Positions 29,103 through 39,280 of a stretch of DNA of 46,303 nt are shown here, piece after piece; the first letter of the stretch is position 1; every line of letters starts with the position of its first letter. Source of the DNA: a virus (lineage: Duplodnaviria > Caudoviricetes); the IMG/VR virus record IMGVR_UViG_3300010286_000003, positions 1-46,303 of that record. One strand, given 5' to 3'. A model generated the notes under the pieces. It was not told the origin of the DNA and made no database searches. It saw only the letters and a program-made list of their open reading frames with translations. The translations under genes were made by a program, and so were the position numbers.

Positions 29103-29870
29103 TTATTTAAGCCAAAAGTTTATATCATAAGATTTAATATCGTTATAACTAACAGTATTAGAATAAATAGCATCATATAAATCTGCTTCTCTAATATGTC
29201 TATGTTGTATAAATTGATCATAAAATTGATAAACAGTCATATCAAAAACATTTAACAAATTAATTCCACATTTATTATCAGCACAATATTTTGATATCAT
29301 TTTAGATAAATCTATATTTAATTTAGGCTGATTTTTATTTAAACTTGCTTGACCTTTTTTAATTTTATCTAATATTTTTTTAACCCTTTTATTTTTACTT
29401 TTAGCTAATTCATCAAGCTCTGTATCAACTTTTAAATGATTTAATTGTGCTATGCAATCACGTACTTCATCAAAATTATCTTTATTTATATAACCTACAA
29501 CAACTTTTTTAGATTCGTCTTTACCTTCCTGTATAACTTCCTTCCATAAAACAAAAATTTCATTCTTTTTATCAAAAAACACATTTTCGATAAAAAAGAA
29601 TGAAAACATATCTATATATAATTGCAATATTTTATCATCTTGTTTTATTAAATCGTAAATATGTAATGTTTCAATTTCTTCATTACTATATTTATCTTTT
29701 AAATTCATGATTTCTAAATATTTCTCTACATCAACAACTAGAAAAGAAGTATATACATTATACAAATCATATATTTTTTTTATATCTCTTAATGTAGGTG
29801 GTTTTAAAGTACCAACTCCTTCAAGCGGGATAGGATCGTTGCTTAACAAATCAATATATCGTAATTTCAT
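29103..29870 (-). CDS. tail-module protein (possible assembly chaperone)
   Basis: PPTLRDI, DMTVYQFYDQF motifs; position. Confidence 0.55.
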   Translation of the reverse strand: MKLRYIDLLSNDPIPLEGVGTLKPPTLRDIKKIYDLYNVYTSFLVVDVEKYLEIMNLKDKYSNEEIETLHIYDLIKQDDKILQLYIDMFSFFFIENVFFDKKNEIFVLWKEVIQEGKDESKKVVVGYINKDNFDEVRDCIAQLNHLKVDTELDELAKSKNKRVKKILDKIKKGQASLNKNQPKLNIDLSKMISKYCADNKCGINLLNVFDMTVYQFYDQFIQHRHIREADLYDAIYSNTVSYNDIKSYDINFWLK

Positions 29871-29878
29871 ATCACCAC

Positions 29879-30385
29879 CTATTTAAAGTCATACATATAA
29901 AAAATAATTTCTTTACCATAATGATTAACAGTAGGTTGTATAATTCGCATAGTACTTCTAGGTTTTAATTCTAAATTCCCAATACCAAATTCTTTATTAC
30001 CACGCAATTTTCTCATAATTAAATCCATTAACACATCAATTCTATTACCGTAAAATCCTTCAGAATAAAATTTTTGCTTTTCATTTATTAAAAGAGGTAT
30101 ATTTTCTAAATGCGAAATTACCTGAATTACAATAGCAATACAATTTATTTTTGTATCCGCATCAACAATATAAGTGTCCATTGTAATATAAGTTTTAACC
30201 ATATCATCAGTTAAATTAATAACTAATGAATCAAAAATACGTTTATCTTTTAAATCTTGATTTATATTATTACTACCCAATAATAATAATCTAATATTTT
30301 CATCATCTTCAAACATCTTAATTATTATATCTTTTGCTTTTCCTAAAGGATAACCCTCTATTTGATTTTTACTTTTATTAACCAT
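29879..30385 (-). CDS. putative tail terminator/neck protein
   Basis: NRID.L.....KL.G....GIG motif; position. Confidence 0.5.
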   Translation of the reverse strand: MVNKSKNQIEGYPLGKAKDIIIKMFEDDENIRLLLLGSNNINQDLKDKRIFDSLVINLTDDMVKTYITMDTYIVDADTKINCIAIVIQVISHLENIPLLINEKQKFYSEGFYGNRIDVLMDLIMRKLRGNKEFGIGNLELKPRSTMRIIQPTVNHYGKEIIFYMYDFK

Positions 30386-30403
30386 TAATCCGCCCCCTTT
30401 TTA

Positions 30404-31399
30404 CTAAGCGGCAATTGTAACTTTCAATTCATTTTTTATCATTCCATCATCTGTAGAACACATAATTGTTATATATTCACCAATATGTTTATAAATATCA
30501 TAATCATCCTTTACTTTAATCATACATTTATTACCATCATACATAACAATAAAACATTTTTCTGGCATATTATTATAATCTATTGTCCATATAGGATTAA
30601 ACGATTGTATTACACCATTTACTATCAAATTAGCTGTAAATGTTCTTTGAATACCCCCAACAACCAATTTCCCATCTGATTCTATAGATATATATTTATC
30701 AGAAGAGGGCGGGGTAGTAATAGGTTCAAAATAATCACATATACCTAATTCTATATTATCAGTCTTAAGATTTATTTTATCCTCAGTACAATATAATTCA
30801 ATTAATCCTAATCGACTTGTTGAATCTGTAAATGTTAACCTATATGGTCTTGGACGAGTAGGATGATTATCTAAAAAAAATCTCCATGTTTTTTTATCAC
30901 TATTTTGCAATAAAATCGTGTTTTGATCTAAAGGTAATAATACAACTTTATTACCACTTGGTAATATACCAACATCAGTTTCCTTATCCCCGTATCCTTG
31001 AATACGATTAGAAGTAATGCAAGGGTAAGAGAGTATCTTACCCGTTTGAGGATGTTGAAATTTTAATGTATAAGTACAAAGTTGCATTTTACCAGAAGTA
31101 TATGCTTGATTACATACATCTTTAGAAATAACTATCCATGTATTATTATCAAAAATAATATAATCACCTGCATTAAAATCCTCATATGGTCTTGATTTTA
31201 TAGTTTTTATATATTCATCATTTGTTCGTATAATTAATAAATCTTGTGGATGATCATTAACTATTACAGAATAAAAATCAATAGTATCGGTAAACCTTTC
31301 ATTAATATGTTTCTTCAAATGATATAATTGAACTTCTTTTTTACTTTTAGCATTATACATATTATTTATTTTTTGGAAGTATGAAAAATCCATTTTCAA
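30404..31399 (-). CDS. putative head-closure/neck protein
   Basis: Position; GDYI.F....W, M..C...LK motifs. Confidence 0.5.
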   Translation of the reverse strand: MKMDFSYFQKINNMYNAKSKKEVQLYHLKKHINERFTDTIDFYSVIVNDHPQDLLIIRTNDEYIKTIKSRPYEDFNAGDYIIFDNNTWIVISKDVCNQAYTSGKMQLCTYTLKFQHPQTGKILSYPCITSNRIQGYGDKETDVGILPSGNKVVLLPLDQNTILLQNSDKKTWRFFLDNHPTRPRPYRLTFTDSTSRLGLIELYCTEDKINLKTDNIELGICDYFEPITTPPSSDKYISIESDGKLVVGGIQRTFTANLIVNGVIQSFNPIWTIDYNNMPEKCFIVMYDGNKCMIKVKDDYDIYKHIGEYITIMCSTDDGMIKNELKVTIAA

Positions 31400-31407
31400 T
31401 ACCTCCT

Positions 31408-31896
31408 TTAATAATCATATTTACTATGATCAATAATCTTAGGTTTGCCTGTTAATCTATCAACTGAAGCATAATGATCAATTTTTATAATATTTTCTTG
31501 TTTTATTTTTTCTACCATTTCCATAAAGGTTTTTCGTTCACTAGCAGGTGAAAATTGATTTAAATCTGATGGTGACATTGCAATTTTAAAAGCTTTAAGT
31601 AAAACTAAATCTCTTTCAAAATATACTTCACGCATTAAATCAGCTAATAAATTCTGTTCTTTATTAGTTAAATCAAAATTAAATTCTTGCAGACTTTCAT
31701 CATAATCATAAAAATCTACATCAGGAGTACATAGGCTTGTTAATTTATCTATAGCTTCATATAAATAACCAGTAGCTTGTTTTTCAGCTAATTCAATAGC
31801 TTCTTCAGGTGAAACATTATAATATGAAAAGAAATCCTTATCTTTTTCAATTCTACGATAAAATTTTTGACGAATTGATTCAAAAGGAGTTGGCAT
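31408..31896 (-). CDS. putative head-tail adaptor
   Basis: MPTPFE.I...F, FNFDLT..E..LLA, FSPA.ER; position. Confidence 0.6.
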   Translation of the reverse strand: MPTPFESIRQKFYRRIEKDKDFFSYYNVSPEEAIELAEKQATGYLYEAIDKLTSLCTPDVDFYDYDESLQEFNFDLTNKEQNLLADLMREVYFERDLVLLKAFKIAMSPSDLNQFSPASERKTFMEMVEKIKQENIIKIDHYASVDRLTGKPKIIDHSKYDY

Positions 31897-31908
31897 TAAC
31901 CCACCTCC

Positions 31909-32604
31909 TTAATTATTATTTTTATTAGAAGGTCTTCCTACTTTTTTACGTTCAGTTTTTGTTTCATTCTCGTTTTCTTGTGTTAATTCCTGAGATACAA
32001 CTTGCGTTTTCATCATCTGTTCAATCATTTTTTGCATTTGATTTAATTGTTCTTGAAGCAATTTATTCTGTTCTTTTAACGAATTAACTTCATCTGTAGA
32101 AACCATTTTCATAGTATCAGATTTTCGTATAATTATTTTACTATTTCTAATTCCTGCTCTTAATTCAGCATCCCTTTCTCTAATTAAATCTTCAACTCTC
32201 ATAGATATATCATACTTGTTTTCATTTTTTAATTTAACAAATATCCCTTTTACCCTTTCAAAGTTAGCTATATTTTGGATTTTTAAGATTTTACTCAATC
32301 CTTCTACTGTAGGATTTAAAATAATATCTTTAATTTCATCATTTGATAATATTTCTTTCCAATCCAAAATTTTAAGTTCAGTATATATTACTTCTTCATA
32401 TTCCTTTGGAAATCTTAATATACCTGTTTTAAATACTTCTGAATTACTATTTATATATGAAATTTCATCAAATGTAAGTGGTAAAAGACTAGGGTTGCCA
32501 TCTGAAGCAGGTGGAAGAGCATAACTATCTGTTTTAGTAGTAACTACTACAGTAAATTCATTATAATTTAAAACATTAATTGATTTTAATTCCCTAACGT
32601 TCAT
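31909..32604 (-). CDS. hypothetical protein with coiled coil and basic GRP tail
   Basis: 231-aa ORF directly after capsid. Confidence 0.7.
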   Translation of the reverse strand: MNVRELKSINVLNYNEFTVVVTTKTDSYALPPASDGNPSLLPLTFDEISYINSNSEVFKTGILRFPKEYEEVIYTELKILDWKEILSNDEIKDIILNPTVEGLSKILKIQNIANFERVKGIFVKLKNENKYDISMRVEDLIRERDAELRAGIRNSKIIIRKSDTMKMVSTDEVNSLKEQNKLLQEQLNQMQKMIEQMMKTQVVSQELTQENENETKTERKKVGRPSNKNNN

Positions 32605-32630
32605 TCAACCATCCTTTTCTATTTTATATT

Positions 32631-32658
32631 TAGTGGGATGGATAACACCATCCCACTA
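32631..32658 (-). terminator. stable hairpin after capsid gene (terminator or mRNA stabiliser)
   Basis: 11-bp stem TAGTGGGATGG/CCATCCCACTA; no clear U-tract. Confidence 0.55.
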
Positions 32659-32679
32659 GAAATTATTTTATAGTTTATA

Positions 32680-33669
32680 TTATGCCAAAGTAATCTTAGC
32701 AACTTTTTCAATATCAGTAATAGCAAAACCATACTGAAATCCAGTAACTTTTACATGTACTTTTTCAACATTATTATCCATGGTTTGGTAAACACGAATA
32801 TTACCTTTCTGATCAAGTGTACCAATCTTACCAGCTATACCAAAAATCTTCTTATCAGGAAGTAACTTTTCACCACTAACAAGCTTTTTAGCACCAGAAA
32901 TAGATGCAATTCTAACTCCATCATAGAAATTAACAAGACCATATCTATTAAAATTATTCTTCATTTCTTCAGACATATACTGTGCATATCCAGTCATTCT
33001 TCCTATAGCCTGAGCATATTTAGACAAACATACAGCAATAGGAGAAGTGCTTCTGTCAAGTAAATACAAAGATAATTTATCCATTGAAGTCTGAGAAGGA
33101 GTAGTACCAGTTTCAACTATAGCCTGTTCGTCACCTACAATAGCATTATCAACTATAGTAAAAATATCGTAAAACTGTTTATTTCTTAAAGCTTCTACAG
33201 CATAATTTGTAAGTAAAGCAACAGACTTAAATCCGTTACGTCTCATTTCAATATAAGGTAATTCAAATTCAACCTGTGCATGTTTCCATGTAGGTTTCAA
33301 GTATTCAAAATCAATGTAGGACTTATCTACATTACCGCCAATAGCAGCATCATAAGCCTGTAATGTATTCTTAGGAGTCTTGAATACCTGATAATCGTCA
33401 AATTCATCAACAGTACCTCTATCAAATATTTCATCAAGTAATTCATCTGGTGCATTATAAATTTCATCTGTTATTGTACGTCTAATAAATGCAGCAATAT
33501 CACAATCTCTATCATTACCAGTTTCAGCAATTTCTCTTACCCAAGCATCACAAATATCATAGATTTCTTTTTCTTCGGCATTTAAATTTCTATTATATGT
33601 GACTTTCTGTGCTATATCAAACATCAATCCATCTTTATTAATTAATTCAGCAATTTCTGTTTTCAACAT
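32680..33669 (-). CDS. major capsid protein
   Basis: 329 aa, AGGAGG SD, position after portal/protease/decoration, followed by strong hairpin. Confidence 0.75.
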   Translation of the reverse strand: MLKTEIAELINKDGLMFDIAQKVTYNRNLNAEEKEIYDICDAWVREIAETGNDRDCDIAAFIRRTITDEIYNAPDELLDEIFDRGTVDEFDDYQVFKTPKNTLQAYDAAIGGNVDKSYIDFEYLKPTWKHAQVEFELPYIEMRRNGFKSVALLTNYAVEALRNKQFYDIFTIVDNAIVGDEQAIVETGTTPSQTSMDKLSLYLLDRSTSPIAVCLSKYAQAIGRMTGYAQYMSEEMKNNFNRYGLVNFYDGVRIASISGAKKLVSGEKLLPDKKIFGIAGKIGTLDQKGNIRVYQTMDNNVEKVHVKVTGFQYGFAITDIEKVAKITLA

Positions 33670-33701
33670 ACTTTATACCTCCTATTATTTATTTTTAATA
33701 A

Positions 33702-34148
33702 TTAAGCAATTACTTCAATTACATGAAGTGCATGAGTATCAATAGTTTTAACCCCATCATAAACAAATCTGGTAGGTTCAGCAGATTTTACCCATTTGCC
33801 ATTTGTACCTACTGCAAGATAATCTCCTTGTTTTAAATCTGTAGTATCAATTTGATCAGTAGCATATCTTTCAGCCTTTTCAGGAGATACTAATTTAACA
33901 AATTCTGCGGATTTAATATTCATGAAAATATCTTCATAATCAGGTAACTCACCAAGACCAGCATAAATTCCTTCAGCAATCTTTTCCTTTGTTACAAAGA
34001 AAACATCTGTATCTGTAGCTGTCTCAGGAAATTTAACAGTACGAGCAACACGATCTTTAACAACACCCATACCAACAACCATATTTACAGCAGCCTTATA
34101 AGTTGCATCATAAACTTTACCAACTTTTGTCTGTAATTCTCTTAACAT
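33702..34148 (-). CDS. putative capsid decoration/cement protein
   Basis: 148 aa between scaffold and capsid; L..GDYL.V...GK motif. Confidence 0.55.
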   Translation of the reverse strand: MLRELQTKVGKVYDATYKAAVNMVVGMGVVKDRVARTVKFPETATDTDVFFVTKEKIAEGIYAGLGELPDYEDIFMNIKSAEFVKLVSPEKAERYATDQIDTTDLKQGDYLAVGTNGKWVKSAEPTRFVYDGVKTIDTHALHVIEVIA

Positions 34149-34161
34149 ATTATCTTCCTCC

Positions 34162-35634
34162 TTATTTCCTTAAATATGATTTAATGATTGATTTATAATC
34201 AGTTATATCATCATCATTTAATAAACTAGCTGAAATATTTATATTACTTTTTTCTTTATCGTTATTGCTTTGTGTTGCTTCAGTATTGTTTTTATCTAAC
34301 GAAGCTATAAATCTTGAAGCAATAATATTATTTAATGCTTGTTCATTTAAAGTATCAATATAACCCTTAATTTCTTCTGATTCTTCAAATTCTTTTTCAG
34401 TAATTAAACCAGTTTTCTTATATTTTTCTATTAATATCTTTTTACGTTCAGCTAATTCTTGCTGAATCCTAATTTGTTCAGCTTCTTCAAATTTTTCTTT
34501 ATAATGAGTTAATTCAGCTATTTGTGCTTTTAACGATTGTATTTCTTCACTAGCTTTAATAATTGCATTATTCTTTTCGTCAAGAACACTATTAATATCT
34601 GATACCTTTACTGTAAGTTTTACATATTGTGGTTCTGATAAAATAATGTCATCATTTTCACTTACTTCATAAGTAAATAAAATATAATCTAATTCACTTT
34701 CTCTATTAAAATCTTCAAACCAAACAGTTTTTTCAAGAGGGAAATGGAATGCAATCCAGCCATAAGTATTAAGTTTTTCTTCACAAGCACGAGTAAGTTT
34801 AATTCTTAAATCATAATCTGTAAGAGAAGAATTTTCAGTTTCAGTTGATATTTGTGTTGTTTCAGTAGTTTCCGAATTATCATTTATTTCAATAGAATTA
34901 TCTACATTATCCTTTATTTCTTCGGAAACATCATTGATTTTCTTTTTAGCCAAATCTACTTCCTCCTTTTCTGTTGAATTTACCTTAGAACTCTCAATTA
35001 TATCTTGTGAGAGTGCTTCAGCTATTAGTAATTGACAATCTTGTGCGGACAATGAAATTGCTCTTGCGTCTTTACCATAAGCTGGAGATGCATATTCATA
35101 ACCTAATAGACAATTTGATAAAAAGATGTAATCAGTAATTCTTTTAATCCCATCTTTATATTCATAAGCTGATGTAGCTATTTCCCACGAACTATATAAT
35201 TTATCTTCAGAAAATAATCGCCTAATAGCTGCAATTACATTTTTATTTCTTTTCCAAACTCTATATTTTGCAAATAAACAAGGCAATGTTTTTAATTCAC
35301 CATTAACATCAACAGTATCTTCTTGTATATAAACATCCGTATGTGTACCGATACTTTCAGTAGCAAACGCAATTTCGCCATCTTCATCAACATACATTTC
35401 ATGTGAACCAAATGTAGGTTCTCCTTTTGAATTAACTCTATATTTAGCTACAACAGGCATATTAATCAAAGTCTTAGCTTTTTCCTCAGCATCTTCAGAT
35501 GGTAAAAGAACATTATTAGCATTCGGCTCATCATAATAACAAACTCTATTTGTTAATTCCAAATAAGCTTCATGTTCAGCTATTTCTATAGTTTTACTTG
35601 ATAAACAAATATTTTCTTTATTCATCTGTGTCAC
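34162..35634 (-). CDS. prohead protease/scaffold fusion
   Basis: PNANNV, TL.NMPVVAKY, FGSHE, SSWEI, CLLG....PAY, then acidic coiled coil; likely start ATG 35625. Confidence 0.7.
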   Translation of the reverse strand: MTQMNKENICLSSKTIEIAEHEAYLELTNRVCYYDEPNANNVLLPSEDAEEKAKTLINMPVVAKYRVNSKGEPTFGSHEMYVDEDGEIAFATESIGTHTDVYIQEDTVDVNGELKTLPCLFAKYRVWKRNKNVIAAIRRLFSEDKLYSSWEIATSAYEYKDGIKRITDYIFLSNCLLGYEYASPAYGKDARAISLSAQDCQLLIAEALSQDIIESSKVNSTEKEEVDLAKKKINDVSEEIKDNVDNSIEINDNSETTETTQISTETENSSLTDYDLRIKLTRACEEKLNTYGWIAFHFPLEKTVWFEDFNRESELDYILFTYEVSENDDIILSEPQYVKLTVKVSDINSVLDEKNNAIIKASEEIQSLKAQIAELTHYKEKFEEAEQIRIQQELAERKKILIEKYKKTGLITEKEFEESEEIKGYIDTLNEQALNNIIASRFIASLDKNNTEATQSNNDKEKSNINISASLLNDDDITDYKSIIKSYLRK

Positions 35635-35791
35635 CCCCTATCGGTACACCTAATTCAATTCCATTATCCGCAAGTCTTTTTTGTAATTCTACTTGATTTT
35701 GTGTATCAAAAAAGATGGTAAATTCATTACCATCTTTAAATAAAATGCATATTTGATTTCCACAACAAGGACATCGTATATATTGTTTCAT
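35618..35791 (-). CDS. 57-aa Cys-rich protein missing from the ORF track
   Basis: Hand translation MKQYIRCPCCGNQICILFKDGNEFTIFFDTQNQVELQKRLADNGIELGVPIGGDTDE; AGGTGA SD; overlaps start of next gene. Confidence 0.7.
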   Translation of the reverse strand: MKQYIRCPCCGNQICILFKDGNEFTIFFDTQNQVELQKRLADNGIELGVPIGGDTDE

Positions 35792-35799
35792 TTAATCAC

Positions 35800-37434
35800 C
35801 TATGATCTTGTTTTATTATATTCATCATCGTAAATTGTTTTATTGTTTTCTTCATCAGCTTCGGGTCTACCACCTTTATTATCTCTTATAATTGTTCCTT
35901 TACCTGAAAATGTATAAGCAGTATTTCTAGGATAAAAGATTTCATCAAAATTCTGTTCATTTTCAGCCATACGCTTTGCTTTTTCATCATTAACATCAAT
36001 ACCTAATAAACCAAGACTTGTTTCCATAGAACCATTAAAAATAGTAAATAAAGTTGTAGCTAATTCCTTTCTTAATTTAAAATCTAATACTTCTGAATCA
36101 ATGATTTGAATTTTAGGACAAAATTCTAAAGGAATATTATTATCAATAAATACTTGACGATACCATTTATGTAAAACATTTTCAAATTGTTCCGATATTT
36201 TATTTATTGTTCTTAATAATTGATCAACTGATATATTTGCAGTACTTACAGTTTGAGAAGAAGAGTCCATTAAAAAACCAATTCCTAATGTACTTAAAGC
36301 TTTAGCACGATAATGATTAACAGTATTAATATCTGTTAATTGAACTTGAGGCTCTATATATTCAATACTTTCAACTTGTGGCGGAGCAGTAACAACTACT
36401 GTTGGCTGTTTCCAAGCTTTCATAAAAGTATCATGTGCATAAGCCATTTCTTCAAAACCTTTTTTATTATAATCTGTCCCCATAGTTTCTTTACGTAATT
36501 TTTGGAATATTATCTTTTTAGCTTTGGCTTTAGAATTAATTCTATCTGAATTTTCAAAAGTATCTAACATTATTATTGATTTTAAAGATCTAAAAATAGG
36601 AGATAAGCCATATTTACGATTTAAATTACCTATCCTTACTACACCTGTATATCTAACATCCAATTTAGCATACTGTTCTTTATTTTTAAAAGCTTCATAG
36701 ACTTCATCTGGATAATTAGCTTTAACTTCTTCTTCTATATTATCAAAAAATAAAGCTTTATTCTTTTTTGTCTTTTTATAAATTTTAAAAAGCCTATTTC
36801 TTAATTCATTAATATTAAATAAAACGACTGGTTCACCATCAACTTCATAATCAGATATTTCAGCAACTCCTAGAGGATAATAATCAACTTTATACTTTCC
36901 ATCTTTATTATGTCGTAAATACATAATATATGTTCCCTCAGCATATGTTGTGGTGATTCCTGAACGCAAAAGATTTTTTAATTTTATTTGTTCGTTAAAA
37001 TTATCAACAAACGATTTTACTTCTTCTAATTTTTTTAATTTATTTCTGTCTTCAATTCCTGCATTATATGACAATTTAATATCTGTATTAACATTTGTTT
37101 CAATAGACTCTACTGTTTTACCAATAATATCATCTTTATTTATTTCTTTACGAATTATTTGATTTATTCTTAAAATCTTATTAAGATCTGTTTGAGGTGA
37201 ATCTGCTAACTCATCTAATAATTCTGGAGTAATAACATCTTTTGAAGAATCATCTTTTAAATAAGCCGAATATAACTGATTACTAGCATCAAAATTTTGC
37301 ATTGCTTCTAATAACCATTTTTTCGCTATTTCAGTAGATGTTAAAATAACAGGTTCACTATTATTTTTAGATTTTGACATTAACACAATTTCAAAATCTT
37401 GAATATTTCCAATTGATTCATTACCCATGCCCAC
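35800..37434 (-). CDS. portal protein
   Basis: 544 aa directly after TerL; YGLSPI, C-terminal GGRP motif. Confidence 0.8.
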   Translation of the reverse strand: MGMGNESIGNIQDFEIVLMSKSKNNSEPVILTSTEIAKKWLLEAMQNFDASNQLYSAYLKDDSSKDVITPELLDELADSPQTDLNKILRINQIIRKEINKDDIIGKTVESIETNVNTDIKLSYNAGIEDRNKLKKLEEVKSFVDNFNEQIKLKNLLRSGITTTYAEGTYIMYLRHNKDGKYKVDYYPLGVAEISDYEVDGEPVVLFNINELRNRLFKIYKKTKKNKALFFDNIEEEVKANYPDEVYEAFKNKEQYAKLDVRYTGVVRIGNLNRKYGLSPIFRSLKSIIMLDTFENSDRINSKAKAKKIIFQKLRKETMGTDYNKKGFEEMAYAHDTFMKAWKQPTVVVTAPPQVESIEYIEPQVQLTDINTVNHYRAKALSTLGIGFLMDSSSQTVSTANISVDQLLRTINKISEQFENVLHKWYRQVFIDNNIPLEFCPKIQIIDSEVLDFKLRKELATTLFTIFNGSMETSLGLLGIDVNDEKAKRMAENEQNFDEIFYPRNTAYTFSGKGTIIRDNKGGRPEADEENNKTIYDDEYNKTRS

Positions 37435-37444
37435 CCTCCTTTCT

Positions 37445-39280
37445 TTAGAAAGATATACTACTTACACAACGAGGGGCATTTGAATAATCATAATTAAAAG
37501 AATTTCCAATTAAATCTTTCTCTAATTGATCTATAAAATAAGAACCGTATGAAACAGAAGTATATCTATCTTTTTTATTTAATCCTTGTTTTTTAATCCG
37601 AATTACACCAGTTGACAATTTCTCATATTGTAATTCAGCACATTCATTAATCATTAATTGAGTATTTAAAAATGGCATTTCAAAACGAACTTGTTCATTC
37701 GGATCATTTGATTCAACATATTCTTTAAATTGTGAAAGTATTTCTTCTTTAGCAGTACTATAATTTATTAAAAAGTCAATTTTATTTTCAACTAAAATTT
37801 TTCTAAAATTAATTGCTATATCGCTATTTAATTGCGAAGTTGCATTTATTACAAAAATACATTCTTTAGCATTAGGATTTTGGCATACTTTAGCATATTC
37901 AGAATTATTCATACATTTTAATGGTTGATATTCAACGCCTCTTTCTTCGTCATATAAAACTTTTTGTAAACTATATAAAATTTGAATACCACCATTTCTT
38001 GTATCTAATACTATATAATCAGCTTCAAAATCTTCATATAATTGTCTTATTCTAATAGCTTGTTTCGTAGTATCACCAATTTGATTTGATTCTAAATATG
38101 GAACTTCTCGTCTATAACCATTTTTTATCTCAATGTTTTTATTACTTCCTCCCGTTTCATATACAACTGATTCAGGAATTGCCCTTATACAACTATAAAC
38201 TGAATTATCATTTTGTGTTCCTGCTACAAACGCAATATCACATGATATAATTCTAATTTCGTCTGGTAGTTTAGGTATAAAATATTTATTTTTTTTATTT
38301 GATTTATAATCAATAGATAAACGTGGATAAAACACTTGTTTTAATCGCTGATTTTGTGTTAACATTGAATATGTAAAAAAAGCAGAAGTATTTTCTTTAA
38401 CACGTTCATTAAGATATTCAATTCTCCATGATAAGGCATCTAATTTTTTCTTTTCTTGTTTTAATTGACGTAATGTTCTAATATTATGTTTAAGTGTTAT
38501 ACTTTCATCAAATGCTAAAAGACATGAAAATTTATCATCTAGCATATCTTTACATGCTTGATCTACTATATTCCACATCCAATGTCCGTTATCAAACCAA
38601 CTAGAACTTATATATATATCAACAGGTTCTTCTTTCAATTCTTTAATCGTATTATAAGGTTCATTTATCATATAAGGAGCTTGTCTAACAGTTTGGAAAG
38701 GAGATAAAATACTATCATCTATACTTTTATCAATTTGCCTAAATTCTTCTCTAATACAACAATGGCTTCTATTACCACGACCATTTTCTGATGCTGGAAC
38801 AACAGTAATAGTACTACCATTACGAAAATATACAATTGTTTCATTTAAACTATCTTTAATATCCTTAATCTCTCTTCTTAAAGGAGGTGACATATTCATT
38901 AATTCATTTTTTATCTTTTCTGACACAATTAATTTACTTTGCTTCTTCGTAGCACTCGATATTACAATTTTAGTATATGGACGGGTTATACATCTGCAAC
39001 AAGCATATAAACCAATGATAAAAGATTTTGCAGCGGCTCTACATGCAATTATCACTATAAATTGACTTATACCCATTAAGTATAAAAGTATAGCTTGATA
39101 CAAATGTAGTTTAATTCTTAAATAATCTATCGCTAATCTATGTAAATTTCGCCTAAAAAAAGTATTCCACAATAAAACATGATCTACATTTTTTGGATTA
39201 CTTAAAAAATGTGTAGATGGAAACTTTGTATGTAACTTTAATTGATTCTCATCAGCATATTTACTCATCATCGTCACCAT
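37445..39280 (-). CDS. terminase large subunit
   Basis: HLYQ, variant Walker A RAAAKS, RGNR, variant Walker B IREE, YISS; nuclease ISCDIA, VLD, KDRY. Confidence 0.88.
   Translation of the reverse strand: MVTMMSKYADENQLKLHTKFPSTHFLSNPKNVDHVLLWNTFFRRNLHRLAIDYLRIKLHLYQAILLYLMGISQFIVIIACRAAAKSFIIGLYACCRCITRPYTKIVISSATKKQSKLIVSEKIKNELMNMSPPLRREIKDIKDSLNETIVYFRNGSTITVVPASENGRGNRSHCCIREEFRQIDKSIDDSILSPFQTVRQAPYMINEPYNTIKELKEEPVDIYISSSWFDNGHWMWNIVDQACKDMLDDKFSCLLAFDESITLKHNIRTLRQLKQEKKKLDALSWRIEYLNERVKENTSAFFTYSMLTQNQRLKQVFYPRLSIDYKSNKKNKYFIPKLPDEIRIISCDIAFVAGTQNDNSVYSCIRAIPESVVYETGGSNKNIEIKNGYRREVPYLESNQIGDTTKQAIRIRQLYEDFEADYIVLDTRNGGIQILYSLQKVLYDEERGVEYQPLKCMNNSEYAKVCQNPNAKECIFVINATSQLNSDIAINFRKILVENKIDFLINYSTAKEEILSQFKEYVESNDPNEQVRFEMPFLNTQLMINECAELQYEKLSTGVIRIKKQGLNKKDRYTSVSYGSYFIDQLEKDLIGNSFNYDYSNAPRCVSSISF

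Noticed and set aside
26526-29870. Programmed frameshift tail-chaperone pair
   Set aside because: No convincing slippery site with a matching overlapping frame found by eye.
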